This document shows, piece by piece, positions 42,714 through 51,415 of a stretch of DNA of 64,000 nt. Every line of letters begins with the position of its first letter. The stretch's first letter is position 1. Position numbers and translations under genes: made by a program. This stretch comes from Thainema sp. (GTDB lineage: Bacteria; Cyanobacteriota; Cyanobacteriia; Phormidesmidales; Phormidesmidaceae). The stretch spans positions 63,073-127,072 of the forward strand of contig JBQLZK010000013.1 of NCBI GenBank assembly GCA_052168235.1, given 5' to 3'. The notes beneath the pieces are model-generated. The model made no database searches. It saw nothing but the letters and a program-made list of their open reading frames with translations, and was not told the origin of the DNA.

Positions 42714-43943
42714 ATGGCCCGTATGGTAATCAAACATCGGATTCTGCGACGTCTGTCCGCAGCTGGACTGGTCATGGGTTTCAGTCTGACTATCCCAACC
42801 ACAGCATGGGCACAGATGGTTGCTCAAAGGACAGATACAGATGCGCAAATGAATTTAGAGGAGTTTCCTGGAGAGGAAGCAGACGGGAATTTTGAGCAAC
42901 AAGAATTAGAACCTGGAGAAGAGGACGCTGAGCCGGAAACGGTTGTCCCAGAGCAGCCGCGGCGATTTGTACCGGATATACCCGATTCTCCAACCGTCTC
43001 ATTTGAGCAGTTTGGTAACGTTGACTATATTTTGGGATCTGGCGATCAAATTGCCATTACTGTATTTGGCTATGAGGAATTTGAGGGTTCTCGGGTCGTT
43101 TTACCAGATGGCACAATCTCAATTCCGCTGTTGGGACCCATTCGAGCCGAGGGCAGGACAACTGAGTCTCTCTCACGTGAATTGACTAGTCAGTTGAGTG
43201 CTTATCTCGTCAATCCATCAGTCGATGTGAGCTTAACTGTATTACGGCCAGTGGTGGTCAACATTGCTGGGGAAGTTCATCGACCGGGCCCTGTTCAACT
43301 GAGCAGCCTTACAGATGTGCGAACTCGGGTTGACACAAACTCCAGAATCACCTCATCCAGCACATCTCCGACCCTCAGTACGGCCCTAGGTGCAGCAGGT
43401 GGTGTGCGTAGCACCGCTGATATTCGTCGCGTCATCGTGCAGCGGTCGCTACCGGGAAACAAATCGGAGTCTATCGAGATTAATTTGTGGAATGCAATTT
43501 GGTCTGATGATGTTGCCGCAGATCCAATTTTGCGAGATGGAGATTCAATCTATATTCCAGAAGTTACCGATGGCACTCAATTCGATCCTCGGTTAGTGGC
43601 AACCTCGACCTTTGCCCCCGATACGATTCAAGTAAGGGTTGTGGGCGAAGTTGAAAATCCTGGTCCGATCGAAATTTCCCCGGATAGTTCAGTGTCATCT
43701 GCGATCGCAGTTGCGGGTGGTCCAACTGAGGATGCTGAACTGGATGAAGTTGTCCTCGTTCGACTCAATCGCGATGGCGAAATCGCTGGGGAAGAAATCG
43801 ATGTTGAAGATTTAGTTGATAACTATCAGGTACGAGAAGGCGACGTAATTGTTGTGCCACAGGAAGGCTCACGGTCATTCCTCGATTTCATTCCACGGGT
43901 GCTCGGTCCAATTGGAGATGTGCTAGATATCTTCAGTTTCTAA
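42714..43943 (+). CDS. wza: Polysaccharide export outer-membrane protein (Wza/OPX, SLBB domains)
   Basis: YILGSGDQI...VLPDGTISIPLLG, GEVHRPG, LRDGDSIYIP and VGEVENPG. Confidence 0.92.
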   Translation: MARMVIKHRILRRLSAAGLVMGFSLTIPTTAWAQMVAQRTDTDAQMNLEEFPGEEADGNFEQQELEPGEEDAEPETVVPEQPRRFVPDIPDSPTVSFEQFGNVDYILGSGDQIAITVFGYEEFEGSRVVLPDGTISIPLLGPIRAEGRTTESLSRELTSQLSAYLVNPSVDVSLTVLRPVVVNIAGEVHRPGPVQLSSLTDVRTRVDTNSRITSSSTSPTLSTALGAAGGVRSTADIRRVIVQRSLPGNKSESIEINLWNAIWSDDVAADPILRDGDSIYIPEVTDGTQFDPRLVATSTFAPDTIQVRVVGEVENPGPIEISPDSSVSSAIAVAGGPTEDAELDEVVLVRLNRDGEIAGEEIDVEDLVDNYQVREGDVIVVPQEGSRSFLDFIPRVLGPIGDVLDIFSF

Positions 43944-44014
43944 CCAACCTCATAACGTTTTGCGATATGTGCGATCGCAAGGTTGAGTCTCTGGAACCGT
44001 TCATATCATGCTTA

Positions 44015-44045
44015 AAAGCGAGAGGGGGCCCTTCCTCTCGCTTTC
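44015..44045. terminator. Hairpin between convergent wza and the hypothetical gene
   Basis: AAAGCGAGAGGGGG-C-CCTTCCTCTCGCTTT. Confidence 0.55.
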
Positions 44046-44097
44046 TACTGAGCTATAAAACTATCGGTTCAGTTTCACAACGCTATCTTTTCAGGAT

Positions 44098-44580
44098 TTA
44101 GTGAGAATAAACCTGGAAGACAACGTCGGAGATGTATCCGAATGCAACCGGGCCAATATCAGAGCAAGGCTCTTTCGGCTTCACGGTCAGAGCAGCAGCC
44201 ATCTTGTAAACGCCAGGTGTCAAGTTGACAGAAGCGGGACCGGCAGGAATGTCGAGAGTGGCGGTGTACTCAAACACACCCTTGCTTGTCATGACTGGCG
44301 GAGCAGACAAATTAACTTCTGCTGCGGTACCAAAGCCTTCAAGGGCAAATTCAACATCAGCCTGAATGCCGTAGCACATCAGCAAGTCAACTAGACGACC
44401 ACCTTGGAACTTGATTTTCAAGCTCATTGAGAACGCTTCATCATCTTTGATGATGTACTGGGAACCTTCACCTGTTCCTGCAATATCCAAATCCCAGATA
44501 CAAACCTCAACTGGAGGTAGAGGAATCTTGTGGACTTCAGTTGCAGCTTCTTGGCGCTCTTGAGGTAGTAATGTCGTCAT
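44098..44580 (-). CDS. Hypothetical protein, predicted beta-rich
   Basis: RBS GGAG before ATG 44580, protein-like composition with alternating hydrophobic strands, and no recognised family. Confidence 0.7.
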   Translation of the reverse strand: MTTLLPQERQEAATEVHKIPLPPVEVCIWDLDIAGTGEGSQYIIKDDEAFSMSLKIKFQGGRLVDLLMCYGIQADVEFALEGFGTAAEVNLSAPPVMTSKGVFEYTATLDIPAGPASVNLTPGVYKMAAALTVKPKEPCSDIGPVAFGYISDVVFQVYSH

Positions 44581-44749
44581 GAGAGTAATCTCCAAATGTT
44601 GCATGAGTTAGACGTTTCAGTCGCTAGCAAACGGACTCAGTACTGGGAGTTAAGTGCTTGGCTTGACTCAACGCGTTGTCTGTTTGCTAACTGAACACAT
44701 CATGGCAAAGGCAACTTTGTACCTACAGTACCCATCTAGGCGATTATCA

Positions 44750-44840
44750 GTTGGGGGTTGGTGGGTTGATGGGTTAGGAAGTTGGGGGTTGATAGTTGAG
44801 GGGTTGATAATTGAGGGGTTGATGGTTGAGAGGTTGGTAG
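44750..44840. repeat. Short tandem repeat, 14-15-bp unit GTTGAGGGGTTGATA (about 4 units plus degenerate ones)
   Basis: Units start at 44781, 44795, 44810 and 44825; STRR-like. Confidence 0.75.
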
Positions 44841-45279
44841 ATTAAAAACAGAGCTGGTAGTTAAAAATGGGGATAGCAAATTAAGTTTGACAACAGTAGG
44901 CTGCGGGCGTGAATACAACGTGAATACAAATGATGGTTGAGTGCCAAAGACTGCGCTGATTCAGCTAAGAGTCTTCGTTATTAATCTATACACAAGTAAA
45001 AGCTTAAATTCTCATAAACAGCTTAAAGCTAGATAAAGCAATCGTTTTGATGGGCTTCAGGAACTGATTATTTACATAAGTTCACCTAATTTGAGCAAAA
45101 TCTATTGCGATCGCAAATAAACGTAACAGTACATTTCAGCAAATGAGCATAAATACTGGTTATGCTGATTTATATGATGATTCACCCCGTGTGTTTTTGC
45201 GATTTTGGAGTAAGCGTTTCATTCAGCATAATGAACACAAGCGTTGCCTCCAGCTCTTTATCCATCTGATGTGTGACTT

Positions 45280-45363
45280 ATGGAATTGATTCTGCTCTCT
45301 GCTGTTGCGATCGCAGTGATCTCGCTAGCGCTTTCTCTCTACAATCGGATTATCTTGGGCTAA
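45280..45363 (+). CDS. Candidate 27-aa single-TM microprotein MELILLSAVAIAVISLALSLYNRIILG
   Basis: ATG 45280 to TAA 45363, a fully hydrophobic helix, and HIP1 read in frame as A-I-A as in many neighbouring CDS. Below the ORF-track cutoff. Confidence 0.4.
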   Translation: MELILLSAVAIAVISLALSLYNRIILG

Positions 45364-45611
45364 CGCTTGATCGTTGAACAACGCTCAGTTGAACAACGCG
45401 AGTGAGCGGTCAAGCTATTCGTGGCTAATTCATGCCCTTTTTCGCCCGGATTTGAAGCTCGTTGGTCTAAACTCGATTCGTCATTGGTGGCAGCCAAGCC
45501 ATATTCAGCAGCAACTTCTGCGTAGAAAGCTGGGTTGGTTTTGATTACGGGCGTTATTCACGCTTGATATTTTCTTTCGATACATCTCCGACGCATAACG
45601 ACACATAACAT

Positions 45612-45701
45612 AAGACCTTATCGGAAATTGTTTTGTAGCGCGGCTCCGCCGCGCTACAAAACAATTTCCGACCCCAAAAACTTTATTTCCAATAAAGTCT
45701 A
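45612..45701. mobile_element. 90-bp MITE-like element, family A, copy 2
   Basis: AAGACCTTATCGGAAATTGTTTTGTAGCGCGGC-TCC-GCCGCGCTACAAAACAATTTCCGACCCC...AATAAAGTCTA. Confidence 0.8.
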
Positions 45702-45878
45702 TAGAAATGGGCGGAGCGGAATTATCCCGTTGCGCTCTCTTTTTGGGTTGGCTGATTCCCTGCCAGTACGAAACGAGTCTGGTATGCCAGAATTAAATCC
45801 GAATTCGAACCGGATTTTTAGGCTGATCGCCGTAAGGTGATAGAAGCAAAGCCCCCTTGTGATTTACAGTCTTTCATC

Positions 45879-47420
45879 ATGTATGAGTCCCCATTGGACG
45901 ATAATCAAACTGCAGTTCAAAACACGATTTTGATCATCAATGATCAGCCTGATCAACTCCGAGTTTTAGCAGATATTTTGCAGAGCAAAGGATTCGTGGT
46001 GAAGACCGCCATCAATGGTTCGATTGCCTTGGCATCTGCGCGAACTCAACTGCCTGATCTGATCATTATCAGCGTAGAAACGTCAGCGTCTGCCGATCAG
46101 GCCTATGACGTTTGCCAACGGTTCAAGGCAAATCCGACTACACAGGCTCTGCCAATTATTTTCATCAGCGTTTTAGATGCGGTGATGGCAAAAGTGCGGG
46201 CGTTTGGTGCAGGAGCTGTAGATTACATCACTAAACCGTTTCAAGTTGCCGAGGTTGTAGCACGGCTCAATACCCACATCACCCTGCGACGCCTGCAAAC
46301 CCAGCTCGAAGCCCAAAATCGGCTGTTGCAAGAACAGATTGCAGCCAAAGATCAGGCATTGCGCGATCGCAAACAAGCGGAAGAAAAATATCGCAGCATC
46401 TTTGAAAATGCGGTTGAAGGCATGTATCAGGCCAATCTGGATGGGCAGATTACCAGCGCGAATCCAGCCTTGGCGCGAATTTACGGCTACGAATCACCAG
46501 AAGCGCTAATTACTGAGCTGCCCGATATGGATGAGCTTTATGTGCGTCCCCGTCGCCGTGATGAAATTTTGACCTACATGCGGCAGTTTGGCGATGTGAT
46601 GGATTTTGAGTCTCAGGTTTATCGCAAGGACGGTTCGATTATCTGGGTTTCAGAAAATTTACGGGCGGCCCGTGATGAGAAAAACGAGATTCTCTATTAC
46701 GAAGGCAGCGTACAGGATGTCACGGAGCGGCATCAGGCTGAGGCTGAACTGCGCCATCAGCGAACACGGGCTGAACGCTTATTGCTCAACATTTTGCCGC
46801 AGCACACGGCTGAGCGACTGAAGCAAAAGCCAGCCGTTATTGCCGATATGCTGCCGGATGTGACGATTCTGTTTGCCGACATCGTAGACTTCACGCGCCT
46901 GGTGGCCGATATGCCCGCTCGTGATTTGGTGCGAATGCTGAATCAAATTTTTTCGGAATTTGACCATCTAGCCGAGCGCTATGAGGTTGAGAAGATTAAA
47001 ACCATTGGTGATGCCTACATGGTGGCCGGAGGAGTACCGTTGCCTACTCCTGGCCACGCAAGTGCGATCGCAGATATGGCGCTCAGCATGCAGAGCATCA
47101 TCAGCCAATTTCGCACGGTCGGCGAACATGCTCTCAACCTCCGAATTGGCATCAATACTGGGCAAGTTGTTGCTGGCGTCATTGGTACGCGCAAGTTTAC
47201 CTACGATTTGTGGGGCAACACAGTCAATATTGCCAGCCGTATGGAATCTCAAGGTATTCCTGGCAAAATTCAGGTAACGGAAACAACCTACCGTCGCCTC
47301 AAGACTACATATGACTTTGAGCCACGGGGCAAAATCTTTGTTAAAGGGCAAGGCGAAATGTCAACTTACTGGCTGCTTGGCCGCAAGGGCGGGGCCGTGT
47401 CTGAGCCTGGGGAAGAATAG
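45879..47420 (+). CDS. Class III adenylate cyclase with N-terminal (pseudo)receiver and PAS domains
   Basis: ERLLLNILP, LFADIVDFT, EKIKTIGDAYM and YDLWGNTVNIASRMES; the K and D specificity residues indicate ATP. Confidence 0.92.
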   Translation: MYESPLDDNQTAVQNTILIINDQPDQLRVLADILQSKGFVVKTAINGSIALASARTQLPDLIIISVETSASADQAYDVCQRFKANPTTQALPIIFISVLDAVMAKVRAFGAGAVDYITKPFQVAEVVARLNTHITLRRLQTQLEAQNRLLQEQIAAKDQALRDRKQAEEKYRSIFENAVEGMYQANLDGQITSANPALARIYGYESPEALITELPDMDELYVRPRRRDEILTYMRQFGDVMDFESQVYRKDGSIIWVSENLRAARDEKNEILYYEGSVQDVTERHQAEAELRHQRTRAERLLLNILPQHTAERLKQKPAVIADMLPDVTILFADIVDFTRLVADMPARDLVRMLNQIFSEFDHLAERYEVEKIKTIGDAYMVAGGVPLPTPGHASAIADMALSMQSIISQFRTVGEHALNLRIGINTGQVVAGVIGTRKFTYDLWGNTVNIASRMESQGIPGKIQVTETTYRRLKTTYDFEPRGKIFVKGQGEMSTYWLLGRKGGAVSEPGEE

Positions 47421-47495
47421 TGCTGCAGGGTTCAAGTAAGCGTCGAGCTTCTGAAAATCATGATTAGTTAGTTAAGAAATAATAAATTCACTCAT

Positions 47496-47531
47496 TTCTG
47501 TAGCACTTTATACAGAAAATATTGTTATCCT
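47496..47531 (+). promoter_or_regulatory. NtcA box overlapping the gifA promoter (repressing position)
   Basis: TTCTGTA-GCACTTTA-TACAGAA (GTA 47500, TAC 47511-47513), with an extended -10-like TGTTATCCT at 47523-47531 only 12 nt after the box. Confidence 0.82.
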
Positions 47532-47576
47532 GAATAAGTATTTAACTTCTCATCTGACCCCAGCGAGGTAACTCCC

Positions 47577-47777
47577 ATGTCTGCATCTGAACAAGCGCGG
47601 GCACTCATGCATCGCCATCATCATCAAATCAAAAGCCGTCAGCAAGCCATGCTCAGCCGCTCCGCTACTGAAATTGGGATGCCAGCAGAAGCTGCCGAGC
47701 ATTGGAGCCATATCCAGGGCAAACCCAGCGCATCCGCAAGCCAAAGCTACGACCGCAGCCGCTCCGCCCTGAGCTAA
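47577..47777 (+). CDS. gifA: Glutamine synthetase inactivating factor IF7
   Basis: MS..EQARALM.RHH.QIK.RQQAMLSR...EIG...HIQGKP...YDRS..ALS matches IF7/IF17 proteins, and there is an upstream NtcA box. Confidence 0.88.
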   Translation: MSASEQARALMHRHHHQIKSRQQAMLSRSATEIGMPAEAAEHWSHIQGKPSASASQSYDRSRSALS

Positions 47778-48015
47778 TTAATCCATTTCAATCATTTGTA
47801 ATTTGAATTTCAGGTAGTCATCAAGAGCTATCAAGAGTAAGGATGTTGTGCTGTGTAGCGTCGTCTACATAACAAGCATCCTTATTTGAATATCACTGCA
47901 TATCACTACCAATTGCTAAATTAGGTGTTCCGCACAGGCGGATTGAGGCGTTGTCTGCATCTCGACATGGGACGATGAATCAGTCCGCTTTTTCGTTCGC
48001 TCCCGTTCGTACACT

Positions 48016-48297
48016 ATGTCACAGGTTTCGCTGCTGTTGTTTATTGCAGGTCAAACGCCAGAGTCCTGGAGTGCGATCGCAGATGTAGTGTATTTGTGTG
48101 AATACCGACTGACTCAGCAGTGCCGTTTAACCATTATTGATATTGTTGAGCAGCCAGAGATTGGGGCAGACTACGGGATTCTGGTTACGCCGACCTTGAT
48201 GCGGATTGATATCTCACCCCGTCGTCAAGTCGTGGGTACGTTTGATGCCACGCCTCAAGTCTTGCAGCGCCTCGAATTAAGTTCAGATCGTCACTAG
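48016..48297 (+). CDS. KaiB-like protein (thioredoxin-like KaiB domain), no adjacent kaiC
   Basis: LFIAGQTPES..AI, LTIIDIVEQPE, ILVTPTLMR and PRRQVVG correspond to KaiB motifs. Confidence 0.82.
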   Translation: MSQVSLLLFIAGQTPESWSAIADVVYLCEYRLTQQCRLTIIDIVEQPEIGADYGILVTPTLMRIDISPRRQVVGTFDATPQVLQRLELSSDRH

Positions 48298-48582
48298 TGC
48301 TGTGTCAACCCCCAAAACCCACCAAACAACGTTGACTAACCGCTAGTTTGAATTTGGGGTTCCACACAGTATGGGAAAGCTTAAATTCATGGAGTAGAGT
48401 AAATTAGGGTTATGATGCAGTGTTGGCTGCGATCTCACGATATTGGCATTAACAGGTGGTAGTGACATTCAAGCCGTAATTTGGTTGGCGTAAGCAGAAT
48501 CGACGCACCCCAGTCACTGCTTTTTGAGAACTACTGAATAAACTAGGTCAGCGAGTTTACTGAACGTTGGAATCAAGGTGAA

Positions 48583-51408
48583 ATGCAATCTGTGCCTACA
48601 ACAACAGTGCTGGGTATTGGAACAGCTTTAACGACTGAAGCGATCCAAACCCAGATCGCTGAACTGCCATTCACTGTTGTTGTAGAGCCGACGCTAGAGG
48701 CAGCACAGCAACGACTTCGCCGCCAGTCTTTCGCCGCCATTTTACTCAGCCTTGATTTGCCTCGTGCATCCCAATTAGAGGCATTAGCGCATCTTTGCCA
48801 AATTGGCGTTGACCTGCCGATTATTGTAGTGGGTCAAGCCATTGAGGATGATTGGGCCATTCATCTACTCAACGCAGGGGCCGAAGATGTGTGGGATGCA
48901 GCGGTAGACAGGCAAACGGGAGGATATGGCCTGAATCGGCTGGTTCAACATGCGATCGCACGTTACCAGTCCCGCCGCCAGCCTCAACAGTCACCCAATC
49001 GTTCACAACCTCAAGCGCCAACTCTAACACCAGCATCCCCCATCAACTATCAACAAACCTCCCCATCCCCCGTCACGCCGACATCACCCCAAACCTCCGC
49101 CCCCTCTGAATCTGACCTCCAAACTATCTTGACCGATATCCCCAATGGTGTGCTGTGGCTGGATAAAGACGGTCAAATTCAATGGGTCAACCAAGCTGCC
49201 ACGGATTTGTTTCAGTGCGATCGCACCAGTCTGGTTGGTCAAACCTTTGGGATGCCGATTCCCGGACAGATTACGGAAGTCTGCTTAGTCGAGCCAACCT
49301 CTCATATTCCACTGATGGTGCAGGTGGAAATGCAGTTGGTGCAAATTGAGTGGCACAATCAACCTGTATGTCTGGTGCTGCTGCATGATGTGACAACGCA
49401 GCGACAGGCGGAAGCAATCGTGCATCAGCAAGTGGTCTACGATCGCTTGAGCAGCATTTCCCACATTATTCGCCATTCGCTGGATCTGCAGCGCATTTTG
49501 GACACCACCAGCCGGGAGCTACTGGATTTTTTACAGGCCGATCGGGTGCTGATTGGCCGCATTCATCTAGCGCCAGATGATCAAGGAGAGGCAGATTGCG
49601 ATGCGCGGCAAGACGGCAGAATCGAGCGTGCGGCAACGACTGGCAATCCTGATCAGGCCTCAGAGCGTGACGGAGGCAATACCAGCGACGGCAATACCAG
49701 CAGTCTGCTCAGCGAGCCGAATCGAGATTTTCCTACAGCGCCATTTCCTCAGCCCCATTTGCAGGTCATTTCAGAAGCCCTTGCATCGAGCTGGTCTTCT
49801 CTGCTCCATCAAACTTTACCAGCACTGTACGACGATCTAAAGCGGTATACGATTCACCACCAGCGCCAGATTCAAGTCCTACGCAATCGCCAGTCACCGA
49901 TGCTGACGAGCAGCGATCAAGAAGCGCTTCAGGCAATGCAAGTTCAGGCTAGTTTGGCAACGCCACTGTTTCAGGATGACCAGATCTGGGCCGTTTTGAT
50001 TGTGCAGCAGTGCAAAACGCCCCGCTACTGGAAAATTCATGAAATGGATTTTCTCTGTCGCTTGGCCAATCAGCTAGAAAGCTCAGTTTATCAGGCCAGC
50101 CTGTACAACCAACTGCAAGAGCTAAACGCGGATTTAGGTCAGCAGGTTGAAACACGCACTGCGGAGCTAGAGCGGGCTTTTCAGTTTGAAGCCACCCTCC
50201 AGCGCATTCTTGAAAAAGTGAGGGATAGCCTGGACGAGGAACAGATTCTGCATACAGCAGTGCGGGAACTGGTGCAGGCTGTCGATGCAAAGGGCTGTAA
50301 TGCTGGGCTGTATGACACCAAAAAACGCCGCTCAACCATTCGTTATGAATATGCTGCGCCGAATGTATCCTATGTTGGACGGGTGCTACAGCTAGATGCA
50401 TTTCCCGAGATCTATGGCCAGTTGATGAATGGCGATACGTTTCAGTTCTGTTCGCTATTGCCCAATGCCTCACGGGGTCGCACATCGGTATTGACCAGCC
50501 CCATTTATGACGATCAGGGCAGTATTGGTGACCTGTGGCTGATCCACGATGCGGAACATGCCTTTGGGGATCAACCGATTCGCTTAGTAAAACAAATTGC
50601 CAGCCAATGCGCGATCGCAATTCGCCAAGCCCGCCTCTATCAAGAATCCCAAGCCCAGGTTCGCGAACTTGACAAACTCAATCGCTTAAAAGACGACTTT
50701 ATCAGCACGGTATCCCACGAGTTGCGTACCCCCATCGCCAGCATCCGGATGGCAGCCCACATGCTGCAAGTTCGCATTCAGGCTGCTGGTGAAGTGGCTC
50801 AAGATAAAGCGATTGCTCAATATCTCCAGGTACTACAGGACGAGTGCCAGCGAGAAATCCGCTTAATCAATGATTTACTCGATTTGTCTCGCCTAGAAGC
50901 CGGACAGGAAACCCTACAATGCATCCCGGTTGATCTCAAAATCTGGCTCCCCCGCATCACCGAATCATTCAGAGAACAAGCCAAGTCTCGACAGCACGTC
51001 TTTAAGATCAACTTACCGTCTTCTTTAGTGGCGATTGAAACGGATCCAGCTCAGCTCGAACCCATCTTAATGGAGCTACTGAATAATGCTTATAAATACA
51101 CGCCGCCCGGTGAGCGAATAGAGATTACAGCCAATGCCACCGCCAGCCAAATGCAAATTCGAGTGATGAATTCAGGCGTTGAAATTCCCAAAGCTGAACA
51201 AGCTCAGATTTTTCAAAAGTTTTACCGCATTCCCAACAGCGATCCCTGGAAGCATGGCGGCACTGGGTTAGGATTAGCGCTGGTTAAACAGCGGGTGGAA
51301 CGACTCGGTGGCCTGATCCAAGTGCAAAGTAGCAACAGCCAAACTGAATTTAAGCTGGCATTTCCTTTACATGCAGCAGCCATGAATTCTATGCCGCTTG
51401 ATGCTTAG
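48583..51408 (+). CDS. Sensor histidine kinase (pseudo-REC, PAS, 2x GAF, HisKA, HATPase)
   Basis: FISTVSHELRTP, ELLNNAYKYT, IFQKFYR and GGTGLGL; GAF starts IRHSLDLQRIL and VRDSLDEEQIL. Confidence 0.92.
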   Translation: MQSVPTTTVLGIGTALTTEAIQTQIAELPFTVVVEPTLEAAQQRLRRQSFAAILLSLDLPRASQLEALAHLCQIGVDLPIIVVGQAIEDDWAIHLLNAGAEDVWDAAVDRQTGGYGLNRLVQHAIARYQSRRQPQQSPNRSQPQAPTLTPASPINYQQTSPSPVTPTSPQTSAPSESDLQTILTDIPNGVLWLDKDGQIQWVNQAATDLFQCDRTSLVGQTFGMPIPGQITEVCLVEPTSHIPLMVQVEMQLVQIEWHNQPVCLVLLHDVTTQRQAEAIVHQQVVYDRLSSISHIIRHSLDLQRILDTTSRELLDFLQADRVLIGRIHLAPDDQGEADCDARQDGRIERAATTGNPDQASERDGGNTSDGNTSSLLSEPNRDFPTAPFPQPHLQVISEALASSWSSLLHQTLPALYDDLKRYTIHHQRQIQVLRNRQSPMLTSSDQEALQAMQVQASLATPLFQDDQIWAVLIVQQCKTPRYWKIHEMDFLCRLANQLESSVYQASLYNQLQELNADLGQQVETRTAELERAFQFEATLQRILEKVRDSLDEEQILHTAVRELVQAVDAKGCNAGLYDTKKRRSTIRYEYAAPNVSYVGRVLQLDAFPEIYGQLMNGDTFQFCSLLPNASRGRTSVLTSPIYDDQGSIGDLWLIHDAEHAFGDQPIRLVKQIASQCAIAIRQARLYQESQAQVRELDKLNRLKDDFISTVSHELRTPIASIRMAAHMLQVRIQAAGEVAQDKAIAQYLQVLQDECQREIRLINDLLDLSRLEAGQETLQCIPVDLKIWLPRITESFREQAKSRQHVFKINLPSSLVAIETDPAQLEPILMELLNNAYKYTPPGERIEITANATASQMQIRVMNSGVEIPKAEQAQIFQKFYRIPNSDPWKHGGTGLGLALVKQRVERLGGLIQVQSSNSQTEFKLAFPLHAAAMNSMPLDA

Positions 51409-51415
51409 CGGTTCA

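Noticed and set aside
39086..43943. EPS locus lacking wzx/wzy, and lptB-lptF lacking lptC/lptA
   Set aside because: Scattered envelope genes are normal in cyanobacteria, and the partners are probably elsewhere in the genome.
49440..50110. Cyanobacteriochrome photoreceptor GAF
   Set aside because: The chromophore-binding Cys-His is absent (SSDQEALQAMQV) and there is no Asp motif, so bilin binding is unsupported.
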